From positions 407,850-471,849 of the forward strand of contig NMRA01000309.1 in the NCBI GenBank assembly GCA_002633005.1: a DNA stretch of 64,000 nt. The letters are read 5' to 3'. Below are positions 1-53,155 of the stretch, piece by piece; within the stretch, counting starts at the first letter, position 1; every line of letters begins with the position of its first letter. The notes beneath the pieces are model-generated. The model searched no databases and was not told where the DNA came from. It worked only from the letters and a program-made list of their open reading frames with translations. The translations under genes were made by a program, and so were the position numbers. The DNA comes from Phoronis australis. Taxonomy: Eukaryota > Animalia > Phoronida.

Positions 1-699
1 TGTTGGGAACGGTCTTTGTGCGTCGACGGCGCACATTTCTTATTGGGAAAGCCAGATTTTCAAAAATTAATCGCTCAGACCATTTGAGTCTCATTTACCT
101 GCAATTATACTGCTATCAAATGACCGAGCCAGCATTGTTGATGCTACGACCGCTCATCGAAATAATGTACACCCACTAAATTCGGACACTAGCGGAAACC
201 CAAATTTGGAGGTTCGCCAAATTCGGACACCACAAAATGATATTTCGCGAGATTCGTCCAAGAATGAATTTTTTCTGTTGGAATTAATTTTCAGTGTCCG
301 AAAATCACGCGACTTTACCGTACTCGCGTAAAAGCTAAAAACTGTCTTATGATGTCCCGTGTTGACAAGTTAAAGAATGAAAATACCCACTTATCATTTT
401 GGAACACGCTGGAAATATGAATCTCACCGAACCACTCACAAATTCCGACACTGATTAATCTCATGCAATACCTGATAATGAGATTTCCATAGAATTTGTG
501 TGATTCAACGCCAGGAACAGACTTTACAGTCAGGAAATCTATAGGAAACCACATCTTTCTCGAATGTCGATAACTGACAAAGCAGGGAAAACTGAAGCAA
601 ATGTGGAAAACAAACTGTTAAGTTATAATCAAGCTGAGCAATGACAAGATATTCAAAGCATCCAACGTCAACAATGAAAATGGTTGTCGTGAAGAGGAG

Positions 700-1250
700 A
701 TTCTGAGAACAGATGCCTTACAGTGGGTAGCTCTGAGGGGAGAGCATCTCAAGGGATTCCTCTTGGAACTACCACGCAAACGTCAAGGAAAAATTAAGAA
801 AGAACATTGTGAAGACGAAGAGTGGTTTAAAAATTGTCAAATAGTAGATGCCCTTCTGTTGTCCAACTCATTTTGCCAAATATTGCTCGGCTGTATTACA
901 AACGAATAAGACAATCCACCAGTCAGGACAGTTTGAGCCAAGTCATAATGAACGGATACAGGAAACCGAACTATTGGTAACCTTCCCAGAGTTGCAAAAG
1001 CAACTCTTATCCTGTTCTTAAAATGCATGTGAGAAATCAGCACAGACACAGACGATTACTTGATCAAGCTCTGCAAAATTTCCACAAGGCCATCATTTGA
1101 ATTATAAATTTGGGATTTCCCAATTGCGCCAGTGTAGTGGTATTGATGAAAGTCACGTATCAATGAGTGCACCTGAAATATTGTTCGCGATTTTTATTTT
1201 GACAGTATGGTTCCAGTATTCGATTATTCTTTGTTTGGAGTATGATTACT
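700..1250 (+). mobile_element. Degraded PIF/Harbinger (HARBI1-like) transposase remnant
   Basis: Frameshifted motifs in the expected order: DEEWFKN, RTIGNLPRVAKAT (about 967-1005; cf. YRTIGNLFGVAKST), WDFP, GIDESHVSMSAPE (about 1139; cf. AIDGxHV), YSIIL. Confidence 0.7.
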
Positions 1251-3426
1251 GACTCTATTTCATTACTGATTTAAACACAAGACACCTTAGTCATGCCCAC
1301 CAAGCACTGGCTTTTGGAAATTCAGCATGAATAATTAACTTTGGCAAAGTGAAACAAAAAGCTGAGTTAAAGTGGAAATGCCATAAGTTTGCCTACAGCA
1401 CTGACCTCGGAATGGGTAAATGAGACAGTGTAGCTTTACACCCGAGTGTAATTGCATTTACACAACAAAAATATATACAGTATATAAATGTACACAGTCC
1501 AGTGTAAGCACAAAAACATATCGGCTTTAGGTAAGTGTTTCCTGTGGGGTCATAGCATGAACGCATGCAATAACAAACTGCTACTGCCTGAAATACTCTA
1601 GTGCCCTCTTTGATTCAACAGTATTTACCCACAATGCTGTGCAACTGTGGGTCATTAACCCTACACTGTTGCCAGGCTAATCACTACTACACATTAAAAT
1701 TAGTTTGCCATTAGTCGTATTGATAGGAATAAAGATTTAATGTTGAACACTGAGATGCGATTCAGACATAAACCAAATAAAAAGGTGAGTGAACGGCAGT
1801 AAAACATTCTTCACTTGTCTTACTGGACTCAGAAGTGTGTTAGCCGCCCTACATTTCAAAAACTACATCAATCATCCAATGTGCTTTTGTACCTCCACAG
1901 ATGACCAGCGAAAATGTTGGCATGTAACGATTGTAATCTTTTGAGGAATGAGCATATGCCAAACTTACGTGAAAACATATACTACGGCGACAAGTGTAAC
2001 TGCAAGAGACTAGCATTCCATCCAGGCTGAGTTGAAAGACTCTCAATAGCTCAAACTACATAAAACTACAATTATAGCAAGTGACATGATGAGCCCGAAG
2101 GCTGGTGAAGGATTTTCCCATTCAGAATAACGTCATTAGGCAAATGCAGAGTTCGCCAAAAGTAGCTTCCTGGTAAGTACTATCACCAAGACATCATTTA
2201 TTTAGTTAGACACAACCTACAGGCATTTCAAATCATGGACTAGCAATAAACTTTTGAGTATGTTGTGAAGTTTGAGACCCACGTCAATGAAAGCAACGCT
2301 ACCATTAACACAGTATTCCTAAATTGAGAACCATCTAAATGGTAAGATGTCTATGTTTTAGCCCTTAAGGTCACCAAAGAACAAGAAATTTTAACAAGAA
2401 ATTCATCATTCATTAAAAACAGTCCTCTTGAAAACTGAAAACGTGTAAAAGACATTACATCACTCCAATTGTTAAAATCAAGAATTTACTAAACAGTGCT
2501 GTAATTATCAGAGTAATTTTTGCAACCGTTATGGCAAGCACGTCACAAATGTAAAGGTCAAGTTTTAAGGACTAATTTGAATTCAATTAGTAACATACTT
2601 GAAGGCAAATTTAACACAAATGCGTCTAAATATTTTGCAGTCCATGGTCTCGCTTAGGTTAGACACAGCAAGCAAGATCCCAAGGTACTTTGTATCAATT
2701 ACCCAGTTAATTGCCAGTATGATACAAAAGACAGCAGAGAACCAGGTCATTAACACAACCACGCCCACTAAAGGTCATGAGGTTACCTTACCTTGTCATT
2801 GACAAATCAGATACAACATCAGAGTACTGATGCACATCAATCTTAACAACAGAGACCTTAGTGAATAAACTTCCCTAACCATGTAAACAGGGGCTTCCCT
2901 CATTTTGGATGCATACAACGACTTCTAAGAGGGATTTTATGATAATAGTAATGCAAAGTATAACCACGCATGACCTTTGGCTCACTATCAGCCTCTGCTA
3001 AGTATCTCTCAAAGAAACTTAATTCCCTTCCACTACATAAAAAACACATGGACACCTAATTTTGCTACCTACCTTCGTAGTGATTAATTTCCTTCATTAA
3101 ACAAGTTCAATTAAGTGTGGTCTTAAACAGAGTGACGACTGAAAAATCATGAAGATTGGTTTTGCATAAAATAACCTGGTGAAATTTTTTCAACAGCTAC
3201 ACAATTTTTGCTGGTTTCCTCTCGACCTGCCCTTGTTCCTGTGAAATGGGTGGAACTATATAATATTATATAAAAATAAACGTATTTACTGCTTCATCTT
3301 CTCATTATCAGACACACTCATTCTTACAACTGAAAGAAATCAAAGATTCCACGCATCCAGCATTCAAATCAAACATACTACAACGCAAACAAACTGCAAT
3401 GGAAACAGACAGCTAGCGCCCCCTAC

Positions 3427-43142
<39,716 letters not shown>

Positions 43143-43189
43143 TTTTAGGACTACTTGCAAAGAAATTCTGTCTAAAATCACTTGAAGTG

Positions 43190-43460
43190 CAGATTGACAA
43201 ACCTACACACCCTCCATTTTGTTTCACATGATTAACAACATCTCGTTTTATGCGAGACATAACTTTGTAGGTCACCCACGGACCCTGGTAGAGTTCAGGA
43301 TGAGTTCATTGGGCTGTCTCGCGGTGAAAAAATCTAGCCAATCACGTGTTCTCTTTTGGAATACACTACAATATCCCGTGTAATCTCGCGAATTCTTGAT
43401 TTTCTAGCGAGATCTTAGCGAGGTCCTAAATTTGGGTCATCCCGCTGGTCTTCGGGTCAT
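43190..43460. promoter_or_regulatory. Probable bidirectional promoter for USP32 and TUBD1
   Basis: Lies between the divergent genes. YY1-like AAAATGGAGG (minus, 43211-43220), ATTGG 43308, CCAAT 43338 next to E-box CACGTG 43343, ACTACAATATCCC 43365, TCTCGCG at 43317 and 43384. No TSS data. Confidence 0.65.
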
Positions 43461-43899
43461 GGATTTTGATTGTCTTCTAGAACTTTTTTTAATCATTTCC
43501 CGTTGCAGTAGAAATTATGGTACCGCCAAAGACAATTAGCGGGTTGTGTGGCTTTCACGTAGATTTCAGTGCCCACATTCAATGCCGTCGTATTCTACGC
43601 TAGAGGGCATTGTATGCAACATGGAAGCGGTCCGTTTCAAAATGTATAACCTAGGCACGCAAAAACTATGAACTATGTGTAACTTGTCCTTCTCTTATTT
43701 TGGTATGCAGTTGCTAGTCATTTATGCCAGGATTTTTGTTAAATCGGTTTTATTGTTAACGTCTTGATATGGTATGTTTTAGACGGAGTTTAGAAGTCGC
43801 AGCTGCCATGCATGCCTGGCATTCTTCGCCTTCGGCTCCGGCCAGTTGGGGCATATAGCCATGCCTTGGCCCAAGGCATGTGTTCGTAGTTTAATCGTC

Positions 43900-44667
43900 A
43901 TTACTTGGCGAAAAATTGTCTCCAAGACTATGTTGTTCTGATACTATTTTTTTTTTTTTTTGTTCACTGTTTATTAGTCATATTTTTCATCCGATTCGCA
44001 CGAAATTCACACGCAACCTCTGGTTCTGGAAATGGAATAGCACGCCACAAAGCAAAACCTTTTCATTGTTTTTCATGGCGATCAGATTCAGGATGGCAGC
44101 CGTGGCAGCCATTCTGTTTTCGAATTCAGATTCAAATGCTCCTAGAGGCTGCAATTTTGTACCTAGACGGCTGAAAATCGATAGGATTATTGTAGCACAC
44201 GTGTACTATATATGTGCTACAAACGTTAACTTTCGGTCAAACATGGCGGAAATATCGCCCATTGCATCTGGGCACCTCGATTTCAGGAAGAAAACGTTTT
44301 GCTGTGTAGAGGGCACATTGTAGAACCAATTGCTGCAAACCTTTTCATGTGTTAGTTTCCTGTAAATGCTGCTTAACTGGAAGTTGTTTTCAAAATGGCG
44401 GATCTGACATATTTTCACCTCTTTTCAGTCATGCTGGGGTGCCATTTTGAACAAGAATAGCAAATGACGTGAATATTTCCATGTGGGTTCTTGAAGGTAT
44501 ACTCTATCAAATGAACTACAACAATTTTTTCAGACTTACCCCTTTTTGAGTTATTTGACTTTCAATTTTTAAAAAATGCAAAATTCGAAATGTTGTGAAA
44601 TTACTCTGTTAGATAGTTTTGAATGGGCTTTCATTATGCTTTCCATTTTTCACTAGGATGTCTCCTT
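43900..44667 (-). mobile_element. Helentron-like element, family H1 copy 2 (upstream of TUBD1 ATG)
   Basis: Reverse-complement similarity to 7302-8078 along its length, including the degenerate terminal hairpin. Confidence 0.7.
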
Positions 44668-45335
44668 TTCAAGTTATTCAGGATTTTCTGATTGTGCTGT
44701 TCTTTTGTTGACTGATTTTTGCTGTCCTTTTTTTTGGTTTACCTTTTATTGAACAAAACTATATTTTTTACTCATTTCTCACATCTCTTCATTGGTTAGA
44801 TGATTGTTATCATCATGTTCATAGTCGCCATCATCACCATTTCTGTTGTCGAATTTCAGTCAATTTCGCGAAGTGTTGCTATTCTGAGCGCTTTCATTTC
44901 TATAATTATATTTGCAGTTTAATCGTCATTGCAAAATACTGATGAAAATGCTAACTTAACGAAACTGTAAACTCGCATTCTGTCCAAGAAGTGAAGTTTT
45001 GATTTACGATCACAATTCTAGCTCTTGTTATAAACATGGGATTTTTTATTTTGGTCTGAGATTCCCCCCCCCATGCACCCAGAAAGATCAAAGGTCACTA
45101 CCTGCCCTGGAATGAGTGTCTTGAAAAATAGGTTTTAAGTGTGAGTAAGTCTAGTGATAACAGCCCTTAGTTTGTGACATTCAAAATAATTGAGAAATTC
45201 AATATTCTAGTAGCAGATTTAAGATTGTATCGCCGGATGCGTTACTCATTCAGTCTCATCAATACATAGGTCTCATTTTATGTTTCAGGATAAGTAGTTT
45301 TACCTACATTTCTGCAGTTCTTAATTGATAAGACA

Positions 45336-45471
45336 ATGTCCATGGTGTGTTTACAAGTTGGACAATGTGGCAACCAGATTGGAGGTCAGTTCTACAGCAC
45401 TCTGATAGAAGACTCTTTATGCCAGTCGTGTGGAATATCATCAAAAGAAAATGAAGATTTCAGAGAAGCAG
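45336..45471 (+). CDS. TUBD1: TUBD1 coding exon 1
   Basis: ATG at 45336 shortly after a candidate acceptor (tctgcag, ending 45317), which implies an upstream 5'UTR exon; GTAAAT donor. Confidence 0.92.
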
Positions 45472-48400
45472 GTAAATATTGTAAAATGTTTGAACTAAAT
45501 CTTTGTTTTTATTTTATCATTTCTTTTTCTACGTGTAAACTTAAAACGTGAATCTGCTTTTTATTATTATACAAAAATTACATTCGTTTGAATGGTGTTC
45601 ATTTCTCATGGTTTATGTACTTTTTGTTGAAAATTTTGTCGCTAGTATTTGGAAAAATATTGATGGCATCTTTTCAAAGAAAAATCTTTTAAATTAATGT
45701 CATTTTAAATCCAGGTAAGTCATCAAACTAAGTATAAGTTACTAAAATGCATGGGGTGGAATTTGTTTCCCCAAACAATTTGCTAGATCTGTTCAGGGAT
45801 TTTTTCAGCTACAGTACAGGACAAAAAGTTATCAAGTAAAATATCATTTTCCGTCACTACGGCCAGTTCTGTTAAACGGTAAAAATGACTCCTTGGAAAT
45901 AACTATTAGGCCAACAAGCCTTTAATGGCAGAATGGCTGAGTATCTTTAATACTAACTTTCCTGTTAATTTCCCTTTATTCTCAGCGATGAGGGACGGCT
46001 ACTCTCACTATGAATTTGGCTTCCGTCCAGCCATCGTGACAAAAAATTCCAGGTCATTTGTTTGAATACTTCGATCTGTCTTGTGCTCTACTTATGCCTT
46101 TGAAAAAGAAAAGTTTACATTTATTTTCCCTTGTTGATCTGTTATTCTTGTGGTTAACTGTATCAATTGGTTGATGTGCTGCTGTTGCTGTCAATTTAAA
46201 ACCCTTAATTTTGCAGTTTTGGAAAGGTTTTTCTTCAGACCAGAGCTGGGCATAGGTGCTGAGAACGAATGTCCAAAAGCCCTCTCGGTTATGGTAGACA
46301 TGGAATCAAAAGCTATTTCACAGACATTGATCCAAGCCAAAAAGTCTGGTAAATGGTGCTACCCTGACAAGCAGCAGTTCTGCCAGAAACGCGGCTCTGG
46401 TAATAATTGGGCTCACGGCTATTGCGTGCATGGGCCGAAAGCTCAGGAGGACATAATGAAAATGGTGCGACGTGAAGTCGAGAAATGCGACCATTTCCAG
46501 GGGTTTCTCACTCTGATGAGTCTGGCTGGCGGTACAGGCTCAGGAGTTGGAACGTATCTAACACAGCGTCTGCGTGAGGAGTATCCCCACTGTTTTATCA
46601 TGAATCAGGCAGTATGGCCATATAACACAGGGGAGGTAATCGTTCAGAACTACAATGCTGTACTGACGTTGTCACGACTCTACCAGAGCTCTGATGCCAT
46701 CCTGCTCATGTTCAATGACAAACTGCAAGCCATATGCTCAAGGCTCATGAACATGACTAAAATTTCATTCCAAGATATCAATAAAGTGATCGCTCATCAG
46801 TTGGCTAGCTTGTTTCAACCAGCCTCCCAAGTGGATAGATATGCACCAAGTAAATCAAGGACTAATCACATGGGTAATTGTCAATTTTCAGTAGATTTTC
46901 ATCATTTTTAAGGTCTGCACTCTCAAAATAATTGCCATATGTTGTTGTAGTTACTTAAATTTTGACTGCCAGACATCTCCCATTACAGTTACATTTGACT
47001 GCCAGACATCACAGTTACATTTACCTGTTGTAATTTAAAGTGGCTATTATAGCACCCAGCCTTAAAAATTGTGGGGCTCCAATTTTTGAGAATGTGGACC
47101 TTTTACTAAGATTCATGGGATGTGTTCAGAGCTATAAATTGTGCATTCGTCAACTTTTGGTAGTTCCTGCTTTTCAGTGGACTTTTTTCTCATTTTCTAC
47201 TTTATTTTGGAGTTTTTGTTTCTCTGAGGTGGACATTTCTGTCTACTTCGCCAAATTGGGGGTCTCATTCGAGCTCCCCCTCCCCGGGTGCACGCATGTA
47301 ATCCCACCTTTTTTCACAAAAAACAAACTTATTATTTAAACCATTTACTGATATGAAGTTGGTCTCAAATTATTTTGAATCATATGGAGGTGATTTCAAT
47401 TTATTATTACATGAAACCATGCTGTACAAGTTGGCTTGTCACGGCGTGACATGTTATATGCTGAGCATGGTCTCAAGGAATAACGAACTGTCAGATCTTT
47501 ACAAACCTTGAAAGCACTTCTTTGAATAAATTGAAAACAATTACATATTAAGGAGTCTCAGTCAAAAGTGTGCTTCTTCGATGGATTTAATGATGAAAGA
47601 TAAGTAACACAAAGTAAGTTAAAAGATTTATACCATAGCAACTATCAGACAATGTTTTGAGAAATTGTGGACATTCACAACAATGTTACAAGCCTTTGGA
47701 AACTGTAGAAAGGTCAGTATTGGTAATTAATGATGAAATTTTATGGTATTTTATGAACCAAATTGTTCCAACCTATAATGAGTGTGAGCTTAACAAAGGT
47801 ATAGTTGCAAGTGCATTGGACACTATAGTGAGTATCCACCATTGTTATGGCATTGTGCATGGAGGTGTTTTTGACTTTATTTTTGTCTACCCCACTCTCA
47901 CAGGAATTGTCAGATCCATACTATAAGTTAATCGGTAGTGTTTGTTATATTTGTAAGCTCTACTGTTCCTACCAACCTACAACGAAGAGCGGGTATGTAG
48001 TTATTGAAAGATCTGGCAACATCCTTGTGTATTTGAGCTTTGTAATTGGTTGTATGCTGAATCTATGTCAGTTCAGTGCTTTTTTACCTAGTTTACGATG
48101 ACGATTGTCTGTTGATTAATTTCAGGTGAAATTCTGGAGCACCTTGTTCCCCAGACAGAATACAAGCTATTGTCAGTGAGAAATATACCTCAGATGTCCG
48201 AGAAGTCTCTTGTTTATAGCACTTACCAGTGGCCTGGACTGTTGAAACATCTGAGGCAGATGTTGATAGCTGATGCAGCAATGGAAGAGGGTGAGGACAA
48301 CTGTTGTGTAGTCATGACATTCGTCATAGTGGTGCTTGATTAGAATCTACACGATTCTCTTAAGATTAGCAGTTTGAATACTAACCACTTTGGACAGGTT

Positions 48401-49359
48401 CTGCTTGTAAACTAGTTTAGGATGTAAATTATTATCATGGTGTTAAGTGTCTTCATATTAATTAATAAGCGCACCCCCCCCCCTGAACCGAACTTTTCTA
48501 AGTGGCCTGGGCGGTTATTACGGCGAATACGGTACTTTGTTCTACAAGAACAAACTAGGGTAATTTTTATGCATTTCGACTTTATAGGTTACGAATAATA
48601 TATGGGTACGTTGGCAAATGGATAAATGTTGAATATATCAAAAGCTATCTAATAATTTCTACCATAAAAGGGCATAAGAAAACATGCAAATATCATTTTA
48701 AGCACTTGTCGCATGTCTATCTGTCATGTCAAGTGGGCATGTGGTAAAAAATTGAGTGCCATACAAGTTAATTAGTATGTAAATATCTTTTTCAGTGAGG
48801 CGTGGAATATGTTGCAAGTAGTTGAACAAATATTGAATGGGATAAACTACTTGCAAGTTACTTAGTGTTTTGAAAACAGTTAATGTGGTGAAAATGGTCC
48901 TATGCTAATCGTCGTACACTGTAATTTTTATGTTAGTTTCATGTATCATACTCGTCTTTTCTGTTGTCAGGGATTGACTGGCAGGTCAGGCTGACCACTG
49001 GGCAGAGGTTTAATCGCACTGTGGCCAATCTCCTTGTTCTGCGTGGAAAAGATGTTCACACTGCAGACACAAGTGCTTTCCAGGACCCCAAGTTATACCC
49101 TTCGTGGTTACCTGATGGGTATGGATTGTCGCAGTGGACATCCCCTCGTTACTTCAACCAGTACGAGAAGTGTGCTGCCTTGATCAGCAACTGTCAAACT
49201 CCTGTTGCCCCTCTCAACAGTGTGCTGGAGAAGGCATGGTCAATGTTTGCTGCACGTGCTTATGTACATCAGTATCTTCAGCATGGACTTGCCGAAGAGG
49301 ACTTCTTGGACTCATTCGCATGTTTGGAGCAAGTTGTTAAGACATATTCAGAAATTTGA
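45336..49359 (+). CDS. TUBD1: Tubulin delta chain, complete; join(45336..45471,46217..46873,48126..48290,48971..49359), 448 aa
   Basis: [74 protein letters not shown] are delta-tubulin-type motifs; exons total 1347 nt in frame with GT-AG introns. Confidence 0.96.
46217..46873 (+). CDS. TUBD1: TUBD1 coding exon 2
   Basis: VLERFF...VDMESKAI...[10 protein letters not shown]...AGGTGSG...RTNHM. Confidence 0.94.
48126..48290 (+). CDS. TUBD1: TUBD1 coding exon 3
   Basis: [55 protein letters not shown]. Confidence 0.93.
48463..48532. mobile_element. Solo terminal fragment of the Tc2-like family in TUBD1 intron 3
   Basis: Matches 19627-19693 including the TIR, followed by TA; no partner TIR seen nearby. 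Confidence 0.75.
48971..49359 (+). CDS. TUBD1: TUBD1 coding exon 4 (terminal)
   Basis: GIDWQVR...[13 protein letters not shown]...[18 protein letters not shown]. Confidence 0.94.
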
Positions 49360-52300
49360 ATGTATGTTTCATTATGAGGTGAATATTGCATTTAAAGTTG
49401 TCAGTACCATATCCTTCAGGTTTCGCAAACGTACTGAAATCATTGTCTGTGTTTTCCAAACAGTTTAACAATTTGCTTGATTGTAGTTGGGCATTTAGGC
49501 ATCTGTAGCCCTTGGCTAAGTAGAAAAGTCAATAAGTGTAACAGTACCTCATCTTGCTATAGCATAATATGTTTATGCATTACAATTTGTTAATTGAAGT
49601 GATTGTTTATTAAGCATGGATTTCTTTTTGCTAAGCTGCCTGAAAAAATAATGTTAAAACTGATATCGAAGTTTATATCTGTTGCCATAAAGAACATTGA
49701 GAGTACTTACAAGTCAAAAATACTTTACCATGGAGCTTGCGAGCTTTTCCGAAATTTGAACACTTAAGTGGACCACTTGCAGGTTTCCAAACTTAGACAA
49801 AATTGCCATCTTGTTGCATAACCTCATGCAAGGTCAATAGCCTTGTACAAGGAAAAACAGCCAGAGGTCATACCAACACCGGGCGATTTGCAGCTGTAAT
49901 TTGGCGGGTGAGCAGCATGATGTCAAAGGAAATGGGACAAAAATTCAATTTGTTTCATATCTCACAAAAGGTCGGATCAATCACTGGTCATCTCTCAATG
50001 CAAACTCATAGTGAATGTTGACCCAACATTTAGCTCATCCGTTGATTTCACTTAAAATCACTGGACTTTGACCATTTACAGTTATGAAATCAGATGCGAA
50101 TTATTCCTTGGACAAATTAGACGTGATGTCTGGATTTGAATCTGTCATTTTGTTAAATGCTTGAGAATTTCTCTTAAATTACGGTTGTCCCCACGGATCA
50201 TTTCCTGCGTGCTGTGAAAAAACTATGCTATCACTCAGCCACCAGGATGAAACAGTCATGTCCAGACTTAATTGCCCCTAGAGGGCGATAAAACTGATAA
50301 TGATGATGTCACCAGGTACTACTTGTGGTTACTACAGTAAATTCTTTTCAATAACATTGCTTACTATTCACTTATTTTAAAAGTTGTAACACGTGACAGA
50401 ACATCAATTTGTACCAGCTTTAAGAAGCAAGTTGGAAGAATGTGCAAGTGGTTTATTTGTTGCATTTGTTAGTTTTTACCATTAATACTTAGTGAAACAT
50501 CCACAACTATAGTAATCAAATGTATGTGGAACTTGCAGGCAAATTCTTCATCTCTGTGATTGCTTGGCCAAATCAATGAGAAACTCGACATATAGCGACG
50601 ATGTGGATATGGAGTAGGCTGAAAATTTGCCAAATGTTTTTAAGAACGAGTTCTGTGTTGAAAATGATCCATCGTCAATCACTCAACCGTGTCCAGTAAG
50701 TATCGTGACGTGGTGTTGGGGAATAACACTACATGATGCTGGCTGTGTGAGTCTCCGAGGTTCGTCATTAGAGCAAATGTCACCTATTTGCAGAATTTTT
50801 TGTTTTCACATTTGCAAGCTGTCAATGAATACAACTATACTTTGTTTAGGTAGATGATGCTCAAATGGCGTTGTGGTAATTAGTTCCTGCTATACATTAG
50901 CATAGTTAGGAGCATGCAAACACATCTTTAAAGAATATGCATCCTGTTTCATAATGAAATCATAGGTGTTTACATGGGTATCCAGCTAACGATAATAAAT
51001 GTAACCAGCTTTGTTACCAAGGGTCAAATTTCTTAAATAAATTTCTAATTGCAGGTACATAAATCATATATTTAAATTCTTGATGGTCACAGATTCTTTG
51101 GTGTACCAAAGTAATGTTTAGATGTTCAAAGTCACATGATTGCTTTTTCTCTCAAGAACAGTCGTTTTTCACGAAGATATCCCTGTTTTAAACAATTTTT
51201 CCTGTTAAACTATGTAAGAGTCCTTAAGACGGTAGAAGCGCGTACTGATCGTGACATCTAAATGCAAAAAAATACTGGCTGTCAAAGTCCGTTAGATTCT
51301 CCGTGAAGTCCGTAGACGTACGGGTACTGGTTGTAAGAGTTGACATTTATGGATTATCCCTCGCAGTTATCCCTGGCAACTAACTGCCGTTTATTTAGTC
51401 CGTATTCCAGACGACATCGGTTTTCAGACGCCTGATATCACTCTTTCTGAATCGCCAGGCTCAGTCTTTAGTCCGTGATTACGCATATTATATACCACAC
51501 CAGTGAATGAGCACTCATCGACTAAAGCTGTTGCAAACAAATACCCTTCACTCCCAGTTCCACTAACGAAGGATTTTGCTCTAAATTTGCTCGAGGAATT
51601 CAATTTCAGAAGCCAATCACGTTCAGTACACTAGTTCCTTGCCCTTAACATTTCAATATAGTTCAGCCAGTATTTCATTCCCGCGAAGACATCGCTAATG
51701 TGATAATTGCCTGTATCACACAATAGGAGGTTGGATCAACTTTAGTGATGGTGGGCGCAACACTGGTGTTCCCCGAAGAAAAGCATTGTCCAACTATAAG
51801 GGCCCATTCATAGCATAACTTCGATATGAGTGGAGTGTCGATATAAATTGCGAAGTTAACTGAACTGTTCACATCAGCTTCGGTCGGGTAGCATGCGCTG
51901 TCGGCATCGAAGTAATCGCAAGTACACTGATGTATCCCGTGCGCGCTAAGATTTTTTAATGGGACAATTTGAGAACATTTGTGTGTGTTCATTGCCATAA
52001 AACTTATTTCTAATTGGATTAGTGATTATTCCAGCAAAATATTAGCAACGCGACACTGCCCATGACGATAATTTCGATGAGACCTAAAAGTTGACCGTTC
52101 ATACGACAGCACCGCGGCGTCGAAGCGCCGGTTTCCTAATATGCAAACAAGCTGTATTTTACACCATTAGTCAATGTTTTAATCATTGAGGCACACATTT
52201 TGCCCAGTCTCAAGTGTTTTGTGTTATTTTTGTTGCCAGACAATGCCAGAATAACTTTCTAGTAATATCCAGACTTAGTTTGCATTTTAGATACTAGGTG

Positions 52301-52991
52301 TCTCTTTACATTTTTTAAATTTCACTGTTTACAATTAATCTACAATAGTAAAACATGTAATGTGAGTGTAATATTGTTCAATACAATGGCACTGATGGGA
52401 CCATATTACTTGTTTTACAGAAAAGTCACCAAAACTGTTTTTACAAATATAAGTTTGCTAAGCTCTTTGGTGATTATTAGGTAATTTCAAACTCAAAGTT
52501 CTCAAAAATGTGCAACTTTATATGTGGGAACTCTGCAGATTTTGAAAACACTCTAATAAATGAATTAAAAAACACCAAAATAAAATTGCCCCCCTAAAGT
52601 ACTCACAAAAACCATTTTCTAGAGGCCCTACAAATTCTGGCCCACCGACTATAATGATAAATATTATAACCGCCCGGCCGGATTGGCTCTAGAGAGAACG
52701 GTGCTAAGCGTCTACCACCAGTATAATGTAGAAATATGTAAACCGTTACCACCTCCAGTCATTCTGTAATAACCACCTGTGAAACATAACGGAACGTCAC
52801 CCTCGCAGTTGGTTTTGCCATTTGTGGTTTACATACTAAAACTAGTGATTGGGGCCTCTTGCATGTAAAAACAGGGATTTACACGAGCTGGCAATATCTG
52901 TGTAAAACCTTGAAGACCGCTTTATATTCGGAATCTTCATACCGAGTGTTCAAATGTTTTCAAATCATGCAATTTTCTCCTGCAAGGCTAT

Positions 52992-53155
52992 CAGTTGAGG
53001 ATTTAGAGGGGAGCCAAGGGCTCCACGGCCCTCCCTAAACCGGCACCCAGATTCCATTTGGCAGTTCGGGGGTGCAAATTTCTGGCGGTCAAAATCCTGG
53101 CTAATGCTCTGCCCTGCCCCCCCCCTCCCAACTCAAAATCCTGGATCCGCCCCTG
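52992..53155. mobile_element. ~160-bp MITE family M5 copy, 5-bp TSD (GCTAT/GCTAC)
   Basis: CAGTTGAGGATTTAG...CTGGATCCGCCCCTG; homologous to the copies at 58916, 60403 and 61567. Confidence 0.8.

Noticed and set aside
1-3426. Further USP32 exons (catalytic insertion, His box)
   Set aside because: No matching in-frame exon found; a candidate acceptor near 3240 hits a stop within 14 codons, so the gene probably continues beyond the window.
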